From positions 1-64,000 of the IMG/VR virus record IMGVR_UViG_3300046698_000540: a stretch of 64,000 bases of DNA. The stretch is one strand, 5' to 3'. Every line of letters begins with the position of its first letter. The stretch's first letter is position 1. A model generated the notes under the pieces. That model was not told the DNA's origin, did no database searches, and worked only from the letters and a program-made list of their open reading frames with translations. The stretch is from a virus. Of the stretch, positions 35,328-46,700 are shown in pieces. Made by a program: the position numbers and the translations under genes.

Positions 35328-38300
35328 CTATACTGTAAACCTCTTGGAGACCCTTCCGTAACGGAAATGATGAAACTTGCGAATCTCATTGGGGTCGATC
35401 TGCGTTCTTGGAATGGGAACTGGTATGCTCATGAGACAGAACTGATCCAAGGCCCAAAGAGCCAAGGAGCCTGTACCCACCCCTAGCACAGATTTTCTCC
35501 AAGCCCAAAATTCCGTTTGCACGGGCGCGCCTGGAACATAAATCCCCTGAAGGAAAGCACATTGCCCTACCGGCCGGCCCAAAACGCTGTAGGGGTACAA
35601 TGCAGTGACCATGGCCTGCGCGATATTGTGCTGCACCACATCGTAGTCGTAACCCTCGACCCGAAAATAGGCGATCCCGCTGGCGTTTGTTTTCCACTGA
35701 TCGGGAAGATTCACGTAATCGTTGAGTTGCCTGTAGCCCGTCAGGCCGACACCAGGCCCCTGGTTGGCGTCCCGCGGCCACAGGACCTCGAACTGCGCCG
35801 CGGGGTACACGGCTTGGACTGCGGCCATCACGTAGGAGCAATATGCCCAGATCCGGGCTTTCAGGAAATCCGCCGTTTCATGAGCGTGCGAGGGGTCGCC
35901 GGACGGATTATCTGTGTTCGATACGAACGGCCAGATCTGATGCCCTTTGGCGGCCAAAAAATCCGCAATGGTGCTGGCATCGTAGTATGGCATACCTCCA
36001 CTGGCATCGACCGCGGTTTCCGACATGTTTGGGGTGTGCTTATCGTCGTCGTACCACCACTGGGTTTCCCCAAACTGAAGAACGATCGGGGACATTCCCC
36101 CGGCCGCGATTTGAGCTGCCGCTTCCAGGTACATTGCCGCCATGTAGGCTTGCACCTGTGAGCCGAAGTGCATCTGGTAGTCGGGAACGCTCGACAGGTA
36201 CACGTCACTGCCTGGGGAAACGACGCCCCCCGAATTGTGCAAAAATTTCGCGCGCATGGCGGCCGGAGGAAGGTAGCACTCCATGGAGAACGCCCAACTC
36301 GCGGGGATCCCTGCTGCCACAAGTTGGGCCGCCAGGTCCTGGAACCAATCCCGAGCACCCTGGGTCATGACCGGCGTAGCTGTATCCAGCATTTGCCAGT
36401 CTCCGTCTGCCCCCATCGTGGTTCCGTTCAAGTCCGGAGAGCCTGCTGTTTTGGTGACTACCGAGCCGCCACTCACCGAAACCGTGACTGCAAAATTCCA
36501 GGCGGGGGCCCGGGATTTGATCGTCAACGTGGTGCTCGTGTTGAAAGCGTTGTCGCACCACACCGTACCAAACGCCGCATTCAGATTTGCGCGCATGGCG
36601 CTGCATACTGACTGTGGCGTTTCTCCGTACCCCACGGCATGCTGAACAAGAGTCGCCCCCACGTGAATCGTGATGATGTCCCCTGGCACTACGGACGTGA
36701 ACGCTATGGCGCAACTTGGATACGTGGCGTTCACCCGGCGCCTTTTGTTGTTCCAGAATACCCCCATATAGACGTCGGCCCGGCCCAGAAAGCCGAGCTT
36801 TTGCAGAACCCATGCCACCCAAAAGGGCGGTTTTTTGATGCCATGGTCGGTATCGAAGTCCAAGGCCAGTCCTACATTGAAAAGCGTCCAGGGTGCATCT
36901 GGAATATCTTGCTGTACCAAAGGCCACAGGTAGTCATAGTAAAAGTAGTAACCACTCGACGCGGAATTTTTCGCGAAAAGAGCTTTCAGGGTGACTACGT
37001 GTTTGCCGCCCGTCAAGCCTGTGCGCACCAGGAGCATTCCGTTCGATTCGTTGCCGGGATTCGTGTTCAGGAACAGATCGTGAACCGTGGGGGTATCGCC
37101 GTCCACCGAAACCTGAAGGTGGCCGCAATTTTCCCCAAACTGAGTTCCTACCACCAGATCGTGCGTTCCATTCTTTGTATAGGTGACTACGACCTGGCGC
37201 ACGTCTCCTGAGCTGGCCGGCGCGGTTCTTTTTGCGTATCCACCGCTCCACCACCCGACCGGCGCCGTTTCCCAATAACCGGTGTAGATCGCATTTTTGC
37301 TCTCCTCCAGGCGGTCGTTTTCTCCAGGTCCTCCCACTTTCAAAGCCGGGGAAGATCCCGTGAGCGTGATGTTGGAAACTGTGACTTTCCACTCCGTATC
37401 TGGTGTGAGGGGGACCGCCCCGCTACCTTCCAGGTTGGCCTCTTCATTTTCAAATCGTGGCGTGAACGCCATGGTGATCTTGCGCACGTCCGTCATGCCG
37501 GCGCTGGTGGTTACGCCATGCAGTACCACGCCTGTGTCTAAAGGGGACTGTCGGCCGATCATTGTGTTGAAGGGAAGCACAACCCGGTACACACTCGTAT
37601 CGTCGCCACCCGTGAAGCGTACACCTGCGCCCTCCGTGCCATTGGTCCATGCCCATCCAGCCCAGTCACTCGACGTGAACAGTCTATCTCTGCTGCCGTC
37701 CTTTCCAAACCCCACAAAAGTGACTACCAGAGACCCTGCCCCCGCAGATGCGGAAATCCAATTGAGCCCGGCGCCTCCGTAATCTGTTCCGTTACCCATG
37801 TAGATGGATCCGTGCGCCGCCACTCCGGTATTGATCTGCGCTGCAAACTCTTGTGCGACCTGAAGAGTTGTTGGACCTCCTACCCATGTGCTGGTGTCCA
37901 CCACGTAGCGATTTTCTCTGAAGTACAAATACAGCAGGCCACTTGCTCCACTACCTGCAAACGTCATAGTGGCCGTTGCGTCCGTCTCAGCCCCAGACAA
38001 TACTGTGGCATAATCGAGCAACCTGACCATCCAAGGATCCAACGTGGGGCCAAAATAAAAAATCATGGAATCCCACGCGATCGTAGGATACAACATGCAC
38101 CCCAACCTGGTGTTGCCGTCCAAAGTGTGGTCAACTTCGATGTCAAATTGAAGAGTGATACCCGACAGATCTGTTCTCGGCAGAGGTTTGAATCTCAGGT
38201 GGTTGTAAAAGTCGTAAGCGTTGTGCCACTCCAGCACGGCGAAATCTTCCGCCCCCTGAAAAATTCCGGAAATGACGAAGCCTGTCTCTGTAGCGCTGGT

Positions 38301-38384
38301 AAGCGTGGTGGTCGCCGCGCGCTCGCTAAATCCCCCGAGCTGCATCGTTTTGCGCGGATCGAACAGGTGAATCGCTTCGCTCAT
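35328..38384 (-). CDS. large minor tail protein with C-terminal TIM-barrel/glycoside-hydrolase-like region
   Basis: 1018 aa; DFDTDH, LQFGETQWW, FEVLWP.D, NLP..W motifs; position after the tail tip. Confidence 0.65.
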   Translation of the reverse strand: MSEAIHLFDPRKTMQLGGFSERAATTTLTSATETGFVISGIFQGAEDFAVLEWHNAYDFYNHLRFKPLPRTDLSGITLQFDIEVDHTLDGNTRLGCMLYPTIAWDSMIFYFGPTLDPWMVRLLDYATVLSGAETDATATMTFAGSGASGLLYLYFRENRYVVDTSTWVGGPTTLQVAQEFAAQINTGVAAHGSIYMGNGTDYGGAGLNWISASAGAGSLVVTFVGFGKDGSRDRLFTSSDWAGWAWTNGTEGAGVRFTGGDDTSVYRVVLPFNTMIGRQSPLDTGVVLHGVTTSAGMTDVRKITMAFTPRFENEEANLEGSGAVPLTPDTEWKVTVSNITLTGSSPALKVGGPGENDRLEESKNAIYTGYWETAPVGWWSGGYAKRTAPASSGDVRQVVVTYTKNGTHDLVVGTQFGENCGHLQVSVDGDTPTVHDLFLNTNPGNESNGMLLVRTGLTGGKHVVTLKALFAKNSASSGYYFYYDYLWPLVQQDIPDAPWTLFNVGLALDFDTDHGIKKPPFWVAWVLQKLGFLGRADVYMGVFWNNKRRRVNATYPSCAIAFTSVVPGDIITIHVGATLVQHAVGYGETPQSVCSAMRANLNAAFGTVWCDNAFNTSTTLTIKSRAPAWNFAVTVSVSGGSVVTKTAGSPDLNGTTMGADGDWQMLDTATPVMTQGARDWFQDLAAQLVAAGIPASWAFSMECYLPPAAMRAKFLHNSGGVVSPGSDVYLSSVPDYQMHFGSQVQAYMAAMYLEAAAQIAAGGMSPIVLQFGETQWWYDDDKHTPNMSETAVDASGGMPYYDASTIADFLAAKGHQIWPFVSNTDNPSGDPSHAHETADFLKARIWAYCSYVMAAVQAVYPAAQFEVLWPRDANQGPGVGLTGYRQLNDYVNLPDQWKTNASGIAYFRVEGYDYDVVQHNIAQAMVTALYPYSVLGRPVGQCAFLQGIYVPGAPVQTEFWAWRKSVLGVGTGSLALWALDQFCLMSIPVPIPRTQIDPNEIRKFHHFRYGRVSKRFTV

Positions 38385-39628
38385 ACCACAATGGTAATAA
38401 CCAGCGTGTCACCAGGAGACGTGGAGCCCACCTGGGTAACGTCCACCCCTACCAAAGTGCCGGCGGGCATTCTCGGGAAAGGAAATTCCATGCCGTAGGG
38501 AGAATTCGTCACAGACGGATCCGTGCTCTCGGCCGCGTAGCTGTTCAAATTGCTGTCTGTGATCTCCAGCGTGTGAGGAGTGGGTGTGCCTGCCAGAACT
38601 GTCCAAGTTGTTCCATTGTCCAATGAAATGCGCACATCAATCAGAATCGGGGATCCTGTGGGGGCACTTAAAACCTCTGCGTACAGTACTCTCGGTGTGG
38701 CATCGAAATTCAACCGATATTGCGTGTCTGCATCCGTGGCTACAGCCAAAGTGCCGGGAACCCTGAACCGGATCTCTCCACCTGAGCAAGTTCGGATTCC
38801 CAAACGAGTCTGAGTGACCAGGCCGTAGTAGGGAAAATCAGAGTACCCCAACCTGTTGGCCAGGCCTGCCAGCACAAAGGCGACCATGGCATTGGGTTGA
38901 ATGCAGTCGTAAATGGGGGCAATCTGATTGGTTAGATCGAAAGCGCCCGGCTGCGTCTTGAAAATGTGGTGCCCCAGCGTCAACTTGAAAAAGTTCTTGC
39001 CTATTGCGTGGGCATTCAAATAGGAACCGAACGTCGCCCGATCGGGGAGCCCTTCCCCTGGATACACCCTCTGAATATTCACCACCCCGCCTGTGATGGG
39101 GTCACCTGCACTTCCTGGACCTGTGATCTGAACCGCTTCGTATCGGCGCCAACCCGCCGGGTTGACTCCATATGGCTGCCCGTAGCTGGGAACCAAGTCC
39201 TCATCGTTAAACACCAAAAAATCGCCGACGTGAAACTGCCAACCATCCGCGATTGCCTGTGCAGAGTACGAAAATCCGAGATCGCTGATCGAAGCCGCTC
39301 CTACAGCATAGGGACTTTCCATACCTATCACGGCCGTTAAGGTGCCGAAATATTCCGTGGCCAGTTCATCCACGAACACCAGCACCCCGTGGAATTCAGT
39401 GATGCCGGCCATATTGAGGTTGTCGAACACCGAGACGTCGGAAAACTCCAACTGGCCGTAGGTCACCAACGCAGGCGTGAAGATGGGATAGCCGGGCGCA
39501 TCTGTGTCCAACGTGTTATCTGGTCCCACCACCTGGATGGATTGACTGGCCGATTTTTGCCCTGGAATCCCCGTCAGGTTCACAGGAACCAACCAGTACC
39601 ACCAAGTCTCCTTTGTATGGACTGCCAT
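38381..39628 (-). CDS. minor tail protein
   Basis: Position; C-terminal APTGSPILIDV ... VDVTQVGSTSPG.TLVITI module. Confidence 0.65.
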   Translation of the reverse strand: MAVHTKETWWYWLVPVNLTGIPGQKSASQSIQVVGPDNTLDTDAPGYPIFTPALVTYGQLEFSDVSVFDNLNMAGITEFHGVLVFVDELATEYFGTLTAVIGMESPYAVGAASISDLGFSYSAQAIADGWQFHVGDFLVFNDEDLVPSYGQPYGVNPAGWRRYEAVQITGPGSAGDPITGGVVNIQRVYPGEGLPDRATFGSYLNAHAIGKNFFKLTLGHHIFKTQPGAFDLTNQIAPIYDCIQPNAMVAFVLAGLANRLGYSDFPYYGLVTQTRLGIRTCSGGEIRFRVPGTLAVATDADTQYRLNFDATPRVLYAEVLSAPTGSPILIDVRISLDNGTTWTVLAGTPTPHTLEITDSNLNSYAAESTDPSVTNSPYGMEFPFPRMPAGTLVGVDVTQVGSTSPGDTLVITIVV

Positions 39629-39636
39629 CTGATTTC

Positions 39637-42561
39637 CTACGTTGTGGTGCTCGAAGTCGTCGTGCTGGTCGTTGTCGTTTCCTCCCACGGATCCATGTAT
39701 TGCGTGGCTGAAACCAGAGCTTGAAGCTGGCTAGGGTGCGGAAGCTGGTCCAACAACGAAATACTGGCGATCTGATCGTACTTCAAATGAGGTTCGGCAT
39801 TCGTGCTGTTGTACCCGCGTGTCACCGTGAGCGTTGCGGTACCATCGCCATGCCACACACAATTAGTGGCCAACACCTGTTCCGAGCCTACCTGATAAAC
39901 ACTTCGCGTTCCTATTCCTGTGACGTCGAAATCGTCCCAGGTGTTGTCCACCGTCCAAGCCGTCGCTGAAGCATCCACATCCGCGAGTAAAAATCCGCCG
40001 GCCGCCAGGTTGTTATCTGGAGTTCTGAAAATCTGAACCGCTTGCAGGAGTTTTTGCTTGCTCAGATCACTATATGCCTGCCAGGAAAGGCGCACGCCCA
40101 CACTGGGAAGCGAAACACAGGGATTTTGTGCCGCCCAAAGCAGAGCGGGCAATGGGGGATACACGAAACCCTTTGATCCGCGGATGTACACATTGCGCGG
40201 AAATCTCGCCAGCTCAACGAAAGGATCCCCTGAAAGAATATCGTCGTACTCACTCGATCGCCAGGAGCGAACCTTGAAAGTCATGCCCCAATCGTCATTG
40301 AGCGCTTTTTCTTCGATCCTGATCCAATCTCCACCGTTAGGCATGAGCGTGTGGGCCAGGTACGTGATGTCGCCCACTTCCAGCTCATCCATGAGGAGAG
40401 TGCTGTCCAGCTCAACATTGCGAACTTGCGCCCATAATTGGGGACTGGTGCCACCCAATTCATGGCGCAGCATCCTGAGGCCGAGGCGCGCCGCCTGTTC
40501 CGTGAAGCAAGTTCCCACCAGGTTGTAGCTCTGCGCCATTTTGAACGGATAGCCATTCAATCCGATCAACTTCTGGTAGTCGATCGAATAAACCGTCGCC
40601 ATGTTCTGCTGGAAATCGAAGTCGTGATCGGCGAAGTTCAAATCCAGTTCATTATAGGAGGGCGTGGGAATGTCCGGCTTCAAGCTGTTGTGCTTGACGT
40701 TGACGAACTCTTGAAAGGCCGGCCTTACTGTGGCATCCTGACATGCGCTGAATTGCCGGACCGCCAGTTTTCCATTGCGGAAAAATCGGAATCCGTGGCA
40801 ATCCCTGAGCGCCGAATCGATCTGATCCATTGCCGGCGCCAGTTCACTGAACTGCCCAGCAAACTGGTAGCGCTGCACCGTGCTTCCGTCCAGGCCCGTG
40901 ATATTGTCCGCGGCATAAGTCGCAAAATCTATGAAACTTTGAAGGTCTATGAACGTGGCGTGCGTTGCGATCGACGTGTACTTGATGTTGAACGCTTCCA
41001 ACACCATGTCCAGGATGATCCACACGGGATTGCCGCTTCCGCCGTAGATCCCGCCAACGCCATAAACTCTGCTGGTTGTGCTGCCGTACTGCCATACCCG
41101 GCGGCCTGCCGCCAGGTTGGCATAAACCGAAGGAGCCGAGCTGGCGCCTGTGCTTTTGCTGGCATCTGGGCTATTCACACCCGAGCTTGTGTCCTTCACC
41201 CGAGCAAAAAATCCGGCCCTGGAGGAAATATAAACCTGTGGGTCTCCTGGGGAATCTGTCTGAAGCATGTCCCCTTCGATCTGCGTCCACACATGAGGCT
41301 CGCCAATACGACCGGGGGATCTGCCTACTCCCTTATCGCAACCCGGCGCCGGCCAAGCCGGGGCGGGAAATTCCCCGTTGGTAGGAAGCAGGCTGTTGAC
41401 CTGGACATCTTGAATGGCCCCAATGTTCACATCTCCGCTGGCGGCCGGGGCATTTCCCAACACCCCTTCCCCAACGATGCACTCTACGGACACATAATCC
41501 GATTCTGGCCGCCATTCCAGAATCAAGGGCGTGCACGTGAATCCTGTAGCGGCGCCGGCATACACCAAGGGCACGGCCTGATCGAAGATCGTGGAAGTCT
41601 GAGAACTATAGGACGTGTAGGGGTCGCCGCCGCCAAGAAACCTGGTCAAAAAATTTCCGCCCAAATAGCCTGTGGCCCAAGAACAAACATACCTCTGACC
41701 ACCATAGAACCGGGCCATTCCGCGGCCAAGGCAACCCGTAGCCGGCCCCACATAGCTCCAATATGTGGGCGAAGAATCCGGCTGGTGCTCGTTATTGGTC
41801 ACCGAAGCTTGCCAAATTCCGCCATTCTGGTAAACTTGGCTTCCTGCCTGATACACCACGGAATGAAACCATGAGGAAGGTCCGAACGTCTTGTCGCACG
41901 TCGTTAGATAGGGCCGGCCTTTATACCCCTCTGTGGAACTTATGTCGGGTCCGAAGTCGTCAGGTACGCTTGCCTCTCCGAGAACTCCCAATATTTCAGG
42001 GATGGCCACACGCGGCCCTGCGCCTGCGCCTGTGTACCCGAAGCCGGAATAGGGGCAGTACAGCCCGTCGTCGAACTGAAGATCGCAGTTCCTGCTGAAT
42101 CGCCGCCGCGGAAGTGGCAAGGTCAAATCGAATAGACCGTCCTTACAGGAGAGCGAAAATGTCTGCTGATCGTAGGGCGTTTTGTCTATGAAGCCGATCC
42201 ACTCGATGCGCGTGGCGTCCGCGAGGGAACCTCCACCGGTCACCACGTCGGGCATGTAGACTTTGAACACAACCACGCCGCGTTGGAACATGTGATCGCG
42301 CGCCGCCAATTCTAGAGTGCGATCGACGTTGGACAAAGTGAACGTGGCCGTGGAACTGGATCCTGTGATATTGGAACTGATGGGCCCCCACTTCACCAGG
42401 CGCGGCAAATAAAGATGCCCGCCAATACCCGTCAGATCGACCCGGCGATCGCTCATGTACCCTGTGGCGCCGTCCACCAGGGTTACCTCCAGCAGAGGTA
42501 CAGGCTCCACCGTGCGCCCGCGGACGGCATTCCAATACGCGGTGCTGGGAAACGGGTTCAT
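39637..42561 (-). CDS. tail tip / baseplate hub protein
   Basis: PRRRFSRNC ... CPY ... CDKT ... C ... FYGG, VPLVY, GNPVWIILD, YNELDLNFAD; Thr tail. Confidence 0.8.
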   Translation of the reverse strand: MNPFPSTAYWNAVRGRTVEPVPLLEVTLVDGATGYMSDRRVDLTGIGGHLYLPRLVKWGPISSNITGSSSTATFTLSNVDRTLELAARDHMFQRGVVVFKVYMPDVVTGGGSLADATRIEWIGFIDKTPYDQQTFSLSCKDGLFDLTLPLPRRRFSRNCDLQFDDGLYCPYSGFGYTGAGAGPRVAIPEILGVLGEASVPDDFGPDISSTEGYKGRPYLTTCDKTFGPSSWFHSVVYQAGSQVYQNGGIWQASVTNNEHQPDSSPTYWSYVGPATGCLGRGMARFYGGQRYVCSWATGYLGGNFLTRFLGGGDPYTSYSSQTSTIFDQAVPLVYAGAATGFTCTPLILEWRPESDYVSVECIVGEGVLGNAPAASGDVNIGAIQDVQVNSLLPTNGEFPAPAWPAPGCDKGVGRSPGRIGEPHVWTQIEGDMLQTDSPGDPQVYISSRAGFFARVKDTSSGVNSPDASKSTGASSAPSVYANLAAGRRVWQYGSTTSRVYGVGGIYGGSGNPVWIILDMVLEAFNIKYTSIATHATFIDLQSFIDFATYAADNITGLDGSTVQRYQFAGQFSELAPAMDQIDSALRDCHGFRFFRNGKLAVRQFSACQDATVRPAFQEFVNVKHNSLKPDIPTPSYNELDLNFADHDFDFQQNMATVYSIDYQKLIGLNGYPFKMAQSYNLVGTCFTEQAARLGLRMLRHELGGTSPQLWAQVRNVELDSTLLMDELEVGDITYLAHTLMPNGGDWIRIEEKALNDDWGMTFKVRSWRSSEYDDILSGDPFVELARFPRNVYIRGSKGFVYPPLPALLWAAQNPCVSLPSVGVRLSWQAYSDLSKQKLLQAVQIFRTPDNNLAAGGFLLADVDASATAWTVDNTWDDFDVTGIGTRSVYQVGSEQVLATNCVWHGDGTATLTVTRGYNSTNAEPHLKYDQIASISLLDQLPHPSQLQALVSATQYMDPWEETTTTSTTTSSTTT

Positions 42562-42749
42562 TGCACGGAAACCTTCAGGTCGCAGAAATGAGGCGCACAG
42601 GACTTACAAAAATAATATCTGTGAAGCTCTTCACAGCATGGTAACTTTAGCATGTAGCATACCTCTGCAACATTGTTGCAAGGTTGCATGTTCTCTCGGG
42701 TGTCCCCACAAGTTGCCTCGCATATTTGACCAGCAGGAACTTCCATCAT
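42558..42749 (-). CDS. small Cys-rich protein
   Basis: Cys-rich 63-aa ORF coupled to both neighbours. Confidence 0.5.
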   Translation of the reverse strand: MMEVPAGQICEATCGDTRENMQPCNNVAEVCYMLKLPCCEELHRYYFCKSCAPHFCDLKVSVQ

Positions 42750-43222
42750 CCGGGAAAACCTCCAATTTTCAACTGAGCTTTTCGCAACTTGTACTCGAAT
42801 AGCTCCACGCTCATCTCATCCTCGTCGAACAACGCGACGTAGCGCCCGAGCGTGGCGTGTGAGGGGTGCGTCAACCTGGTGGTGGGATCGTCGCGGTAGG
42901 GGTTCGGATACGTGGACCAAGGAACCGGATCGTAGTACCAGAAGGAAACCGCCCGGCCCTGGTGGTCGTTGAAAAATTTCCAGAGAATGCCCGACCGGCT
43001 GGCGATGATATCCGTCAACTCCCCCTTCAGGACGTCGAAGCCTATCTCGAACGTGATGAGCGGCGATCCTCCAATCACGAAGCGCTGCTCGAGAATCGGA
43101 GAGAACTGGTGAACCTTGTTTTCCCATTTCCGGCCACGCTTGAAATTGTAGTCGGGATCGAACGGAAAAACCCCGACAGGAGTGTATGCTGGAACGGGCT
43201 CGCCGAACAAAAAATCGCTCAT
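42746..43222 (-). CDS. minor tail protein (lambda gpM/DUF2460-like)
   Basis: EQRF ... LWKFFNDHQGRAVSFWYYDP. Confidence 0.7.
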   Translation of the reverse strand: MSDFLFGEPVPAYTPVGVFPFDPDYNFKRGRKWENKVHQFSPILEQRFVIGGSPLITFEIGFDVLKGELTDIIASRSGILWKFFNDHQGRAVSFWYYDPVPWSTYPNPYRDDPTTRLTHPSHATLGRYVALFDEDEMSVELFEYKLRKAQLKIGGFPG

Positions 43223-43707
43223 GTCGTTGTCGTGGTCGTGCTGCTCGTGGTGATGTTCTCCACATACACAGGATACGCCGCATCGTTGTCGATCGAGTTG
43301 TCGATGTCCCCGATCGTAACCAACACCAGCTCCCCGGTGCGCAGCGTGGCGGCCGGGACGGAGTACCCTTGTGGATCCTCCTTGAACCGGACGTTGTACA
43401 TCGTGTCGTCGTCCGGCGCGAAAAACTGGAAAGGGTAAGCGGACCCCTTCAGGGTGTCTATGAAGGTTTCCAAGGTGGCAATGTCGTTTGTCGTCCATCG
43501 GTCCATCTTGATCGTGAACTCGTACATCGCCACGATCTGGTTGGGCATCAGCTCAAACGCCTGGTCCTTGTATCTCTGCACCACGGTAACCCACTTCACC
43601 TTGCGGCTGAAGCTGTAGTCCATCTTGGTGAAGACCAGCTCAGGGCCCGGCGTTTGCGGGAGGAGCTGGTAGTTCGCAACCGAAGCAGTGGGAGCCGGAC
43701 ACATCAA
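43219..43707 (-). CDS. distal tail protein-like (gpM/DUF2460-like)
   Basis: LETFIDTLKGSAYPFQFFAPDD ... YNVRF; follows the tape measure; Thr tail. Confidence 0.7.
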   Translation of the reverse strand: MMCPAPTASVANYQLLPQTPGPELVFTKMDYSFSRKVKWVTVVQRYKDQAFELMPNQIVAMYEFTIKMDRWTTNDIATLETFIDTLKGSAYPFQFFAPDDDTMYNVRFKEDPQGYSVPAATLRTGELVLVTIGDIDNSIDNDAAYPVYVENITTSSTTTTTT

Positions 43708-46700
43708 ATGCCTCCGTTCCCGAGTGCGCGCCCCATTGCCTGCCGATTCACGTTTTGCTGCGTGGCCGTGGTGACGGCGCCGGCGACGGCCCTGTTGTAC
43801 GTGGCCGTGTTTTTCAAGAACCCGCTGGTGGTCAAAGTGTTCAAAGCGCCCGCGTCCAAAACTGTGGAAGCATCCACGGACACCACCATATTCTTTTCGT
43901 TGGCTTTCTGCAACTCCGTCAACTGCTGCCGAGCCAAGCCGATCATGACCTGGCCACTCTCGTTCTGGACTTTTTGAGCGCCCCTCAAATTTTCCGCCAG
44001 GCGATCCGCAAGAAGAGTTGGCATGGAGCGCGCCTGGCTGTTCTGCTGCTGTGAGGACTCCAGCAAATTGGTATTGATCGAAGTAAGAATGCCCGCATAC
44101 TGGACAGAATGCTGCCCTTCTGCGACCAGGTAGGTACTCAGGTTGTTGAACAACTGATTCATCTGCCCGGGTTGAAAACCCGCCTGTGTGCGCCGCGCCA
44201 ATTGATCCGCCAACTGGTCGGCAAAATTCCGGTCGCCTTCGCTACGGGATGCCGCCAGCATGTTGATGTCCTTCACCATCTGGAACATCTGCGCGCCGGT
44301 TTTGTCGTAGGCCTGACCGGCGTACTGCATCACGCGGTTGTTCACCACCAGGTTGTCGTTGAGCTTGATGATGTTGTCCTCCATGGCGGTCTTGGTAGAC
44401 ACGGGCGCTGGCGTTCCTACGGCCGTGCCTCTGGAGCCCGAAGCAGCTCCGCCACCTCCGCCCCCTGCTGCTCCCGATAGAACTCCTCCAGCAAAGCCGG
44501 CTGCCGCTGCCGCAGCGGTCCACAAAGCAGCTGCTCTATACTCCCCAGCAGCTGCTGCCGCGGTAAGAGGACTGGAAGCGTCGGCAAGCCCTGCCATGAG
44601 ATGTATTCCCGCCTGCTTCAAGCAGTATTTAGAGAGCGCCTGTAACACCTCCGCGCCCATGTTCTCCACGAACTGCGCCATGGCCTTCCCAACATTTCCG
44701 CCCGAGCCAACAGCCTTGCCTAAAGCATTGGTCGCCTGTACCGCGAGATCCATACCGGCCTTGTAGGCGCCCATCGTGGTAAGAGTGCCCTCAAACAGGT
44801 GGTTCAAGGCCTCCGCCGTCGTTTCCAATGGCTGCGTGAGATCCCGGACGGCGCCGGCATACTTTTGCCACGTGATCGTGCCTTCCTCAAGCTTCTTGTT
44901 CAGCTCCTCAATCTGGCTCTGAACGGGAGCCAACCGAGCCGTCAGATCCTCCATGATTCCCGAAACTGCTTTCGTCGAAGCGCCATACTCCTGCGCTGTT
45001 TTTGCGGCATCCAACTGCGCTTGCCCTTTTACATCTCCGCCGACCAACCGCTGAGCTTGTGCCTGCTGCTTCGTGATCTCGGCGAGTTCTTTCTGATAGT
45101 CTAGCCACTTCTTGACCTGATCCGCGGTGAGCGTGGTATTTTTCAAGAGGTCCAGGGCTTGCACGCTCGAATCCCGTCCGGCCTTGTTCCGGGCGGCTTC
45201 TTCCGCGGTTAATTTCCCCTGAGCCACCGAAGTTTGTTCCAGAATGTCCAACTCCCGATTCCGCATCGTGAGGAGAGCGGTTTCGGTGGTGAATTGCAAA
45301 TCGGCAATCTGCCGCTGCGCCGCGAGCCTCAGTTCATCCTGGCGTGCTTGAATTTCCTTATCGGCCGCCTCAACGGAGCCTGTCTGCTTGATGAGCGCGA
45401 GTCTGAGAGCCGCATCCTTTCCCAGGGCTTGCGCTTGTGCTTCCGCCAGGGAGGTAATGGCCCTCTTTTGCTGATCTACGTTTTCGAGCTGCTTCGAAGC
45501 GTTCGTATTTTGAACCTCAATCAGGTGCAGCTCCCGATTGAAACGGGCTTCATCCAAGGATGCTAGTTCTGTTGCGCGTTGCACTCGGGCCTGGAAGACG
45601 GCTGTGTCGGCCTCTTCCATTTTTTGCGCGACCTGCGCTTCCATCAGAACTTTATCGGCCGTGGTGTTGCGAATCAAGTCGATTTCGTTCTGATACCTCC
45701 TCCGGATCGCCTCTTCTTCCTGATCGTACGTTTGCCCGGTGCGCTCCGCGATCGAAGTCTGCGTAGCGAGTAAAATTTCCTGAACCTGCAAAACTGAGTC
45801 GAGGAGGGCTCGTGCATGTTCTATTGCTGCCACTTGCGCCTGCGAAGCTGCCGTGGTCAAGACCGTTTTGGCGGCCCAGGCATCCTGCATAATCACGATG
45901 GCAGTTTGCAGATCCGCGATCTTCCCCTCGTTTTTGTAGATCGTCTCTATGTCCGCGGCCGTCTTGCTGCGAGCGCCCAGCAGAGCGTTTTCCGCTTGCA
46001 ACCCTTGGATGTCGTTGTTGATCTCGCGTACCTGGTTTTCGACGATCTTCTGATGCGTCGAAAGTCTCATCTCCTGCAAAGACTGAAGGGCTTGCTGTAC
46101 CCCCTCGACGACATTCTGATAGATCAAAGCGTTTTCGCCGGCCTTGGCCAAACTCGTGGCAATTTTTTCGACCTGCTGGGCCAGCAGAGCGGAAGTTTCC
46201 TGTGCAGATTGTGTTTTGGCCCCTAAAGCGGCAGTGAACTCAACAGCTTGCTGTGCAAAATCTTTCTGATCCTGGTGGGCGCGAGCGACCATAGTCTCTG
46301 TCAGATTGAGTTCTTTCCGTCTCTGGATAACATTGGTAAGGTTTCGGTCCAAATCGGCATAAACCGTCGTGACTGCCTGTGCCGCCTGCAATGCGGCCGT
46401 CTTATCCACGTCCGTGACTTTTATGTGCGCGCGCATCAGCGCTTCGTTGGTGGAGATCGCCGACGACAGGCGCCCCAAAGCTCCTATGGTCACATTCAAA
46501 TCGACGGGAACTAGCTGCACGCCACTGGCCGAGTGCTTCAAGCCTTCGATCTCCTTCTCCAAAGAAGCCACGCCGGCCTTCAAGTTCTCTATCTGTTTGG
46601 TGGACTTTTCCGCCTCATCCCCGTAGCTGCTAAAAAGTCCTCTGCTAACCGTAGGATGCGCAAGAGGAGAAGCTCCGCCCGCCGCCAATTTTTGCAGCTT

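Noticed and set aside
40053-40063. 11-nt match to the element 2 spacer
   Set aside because: Too short; expected by chance.
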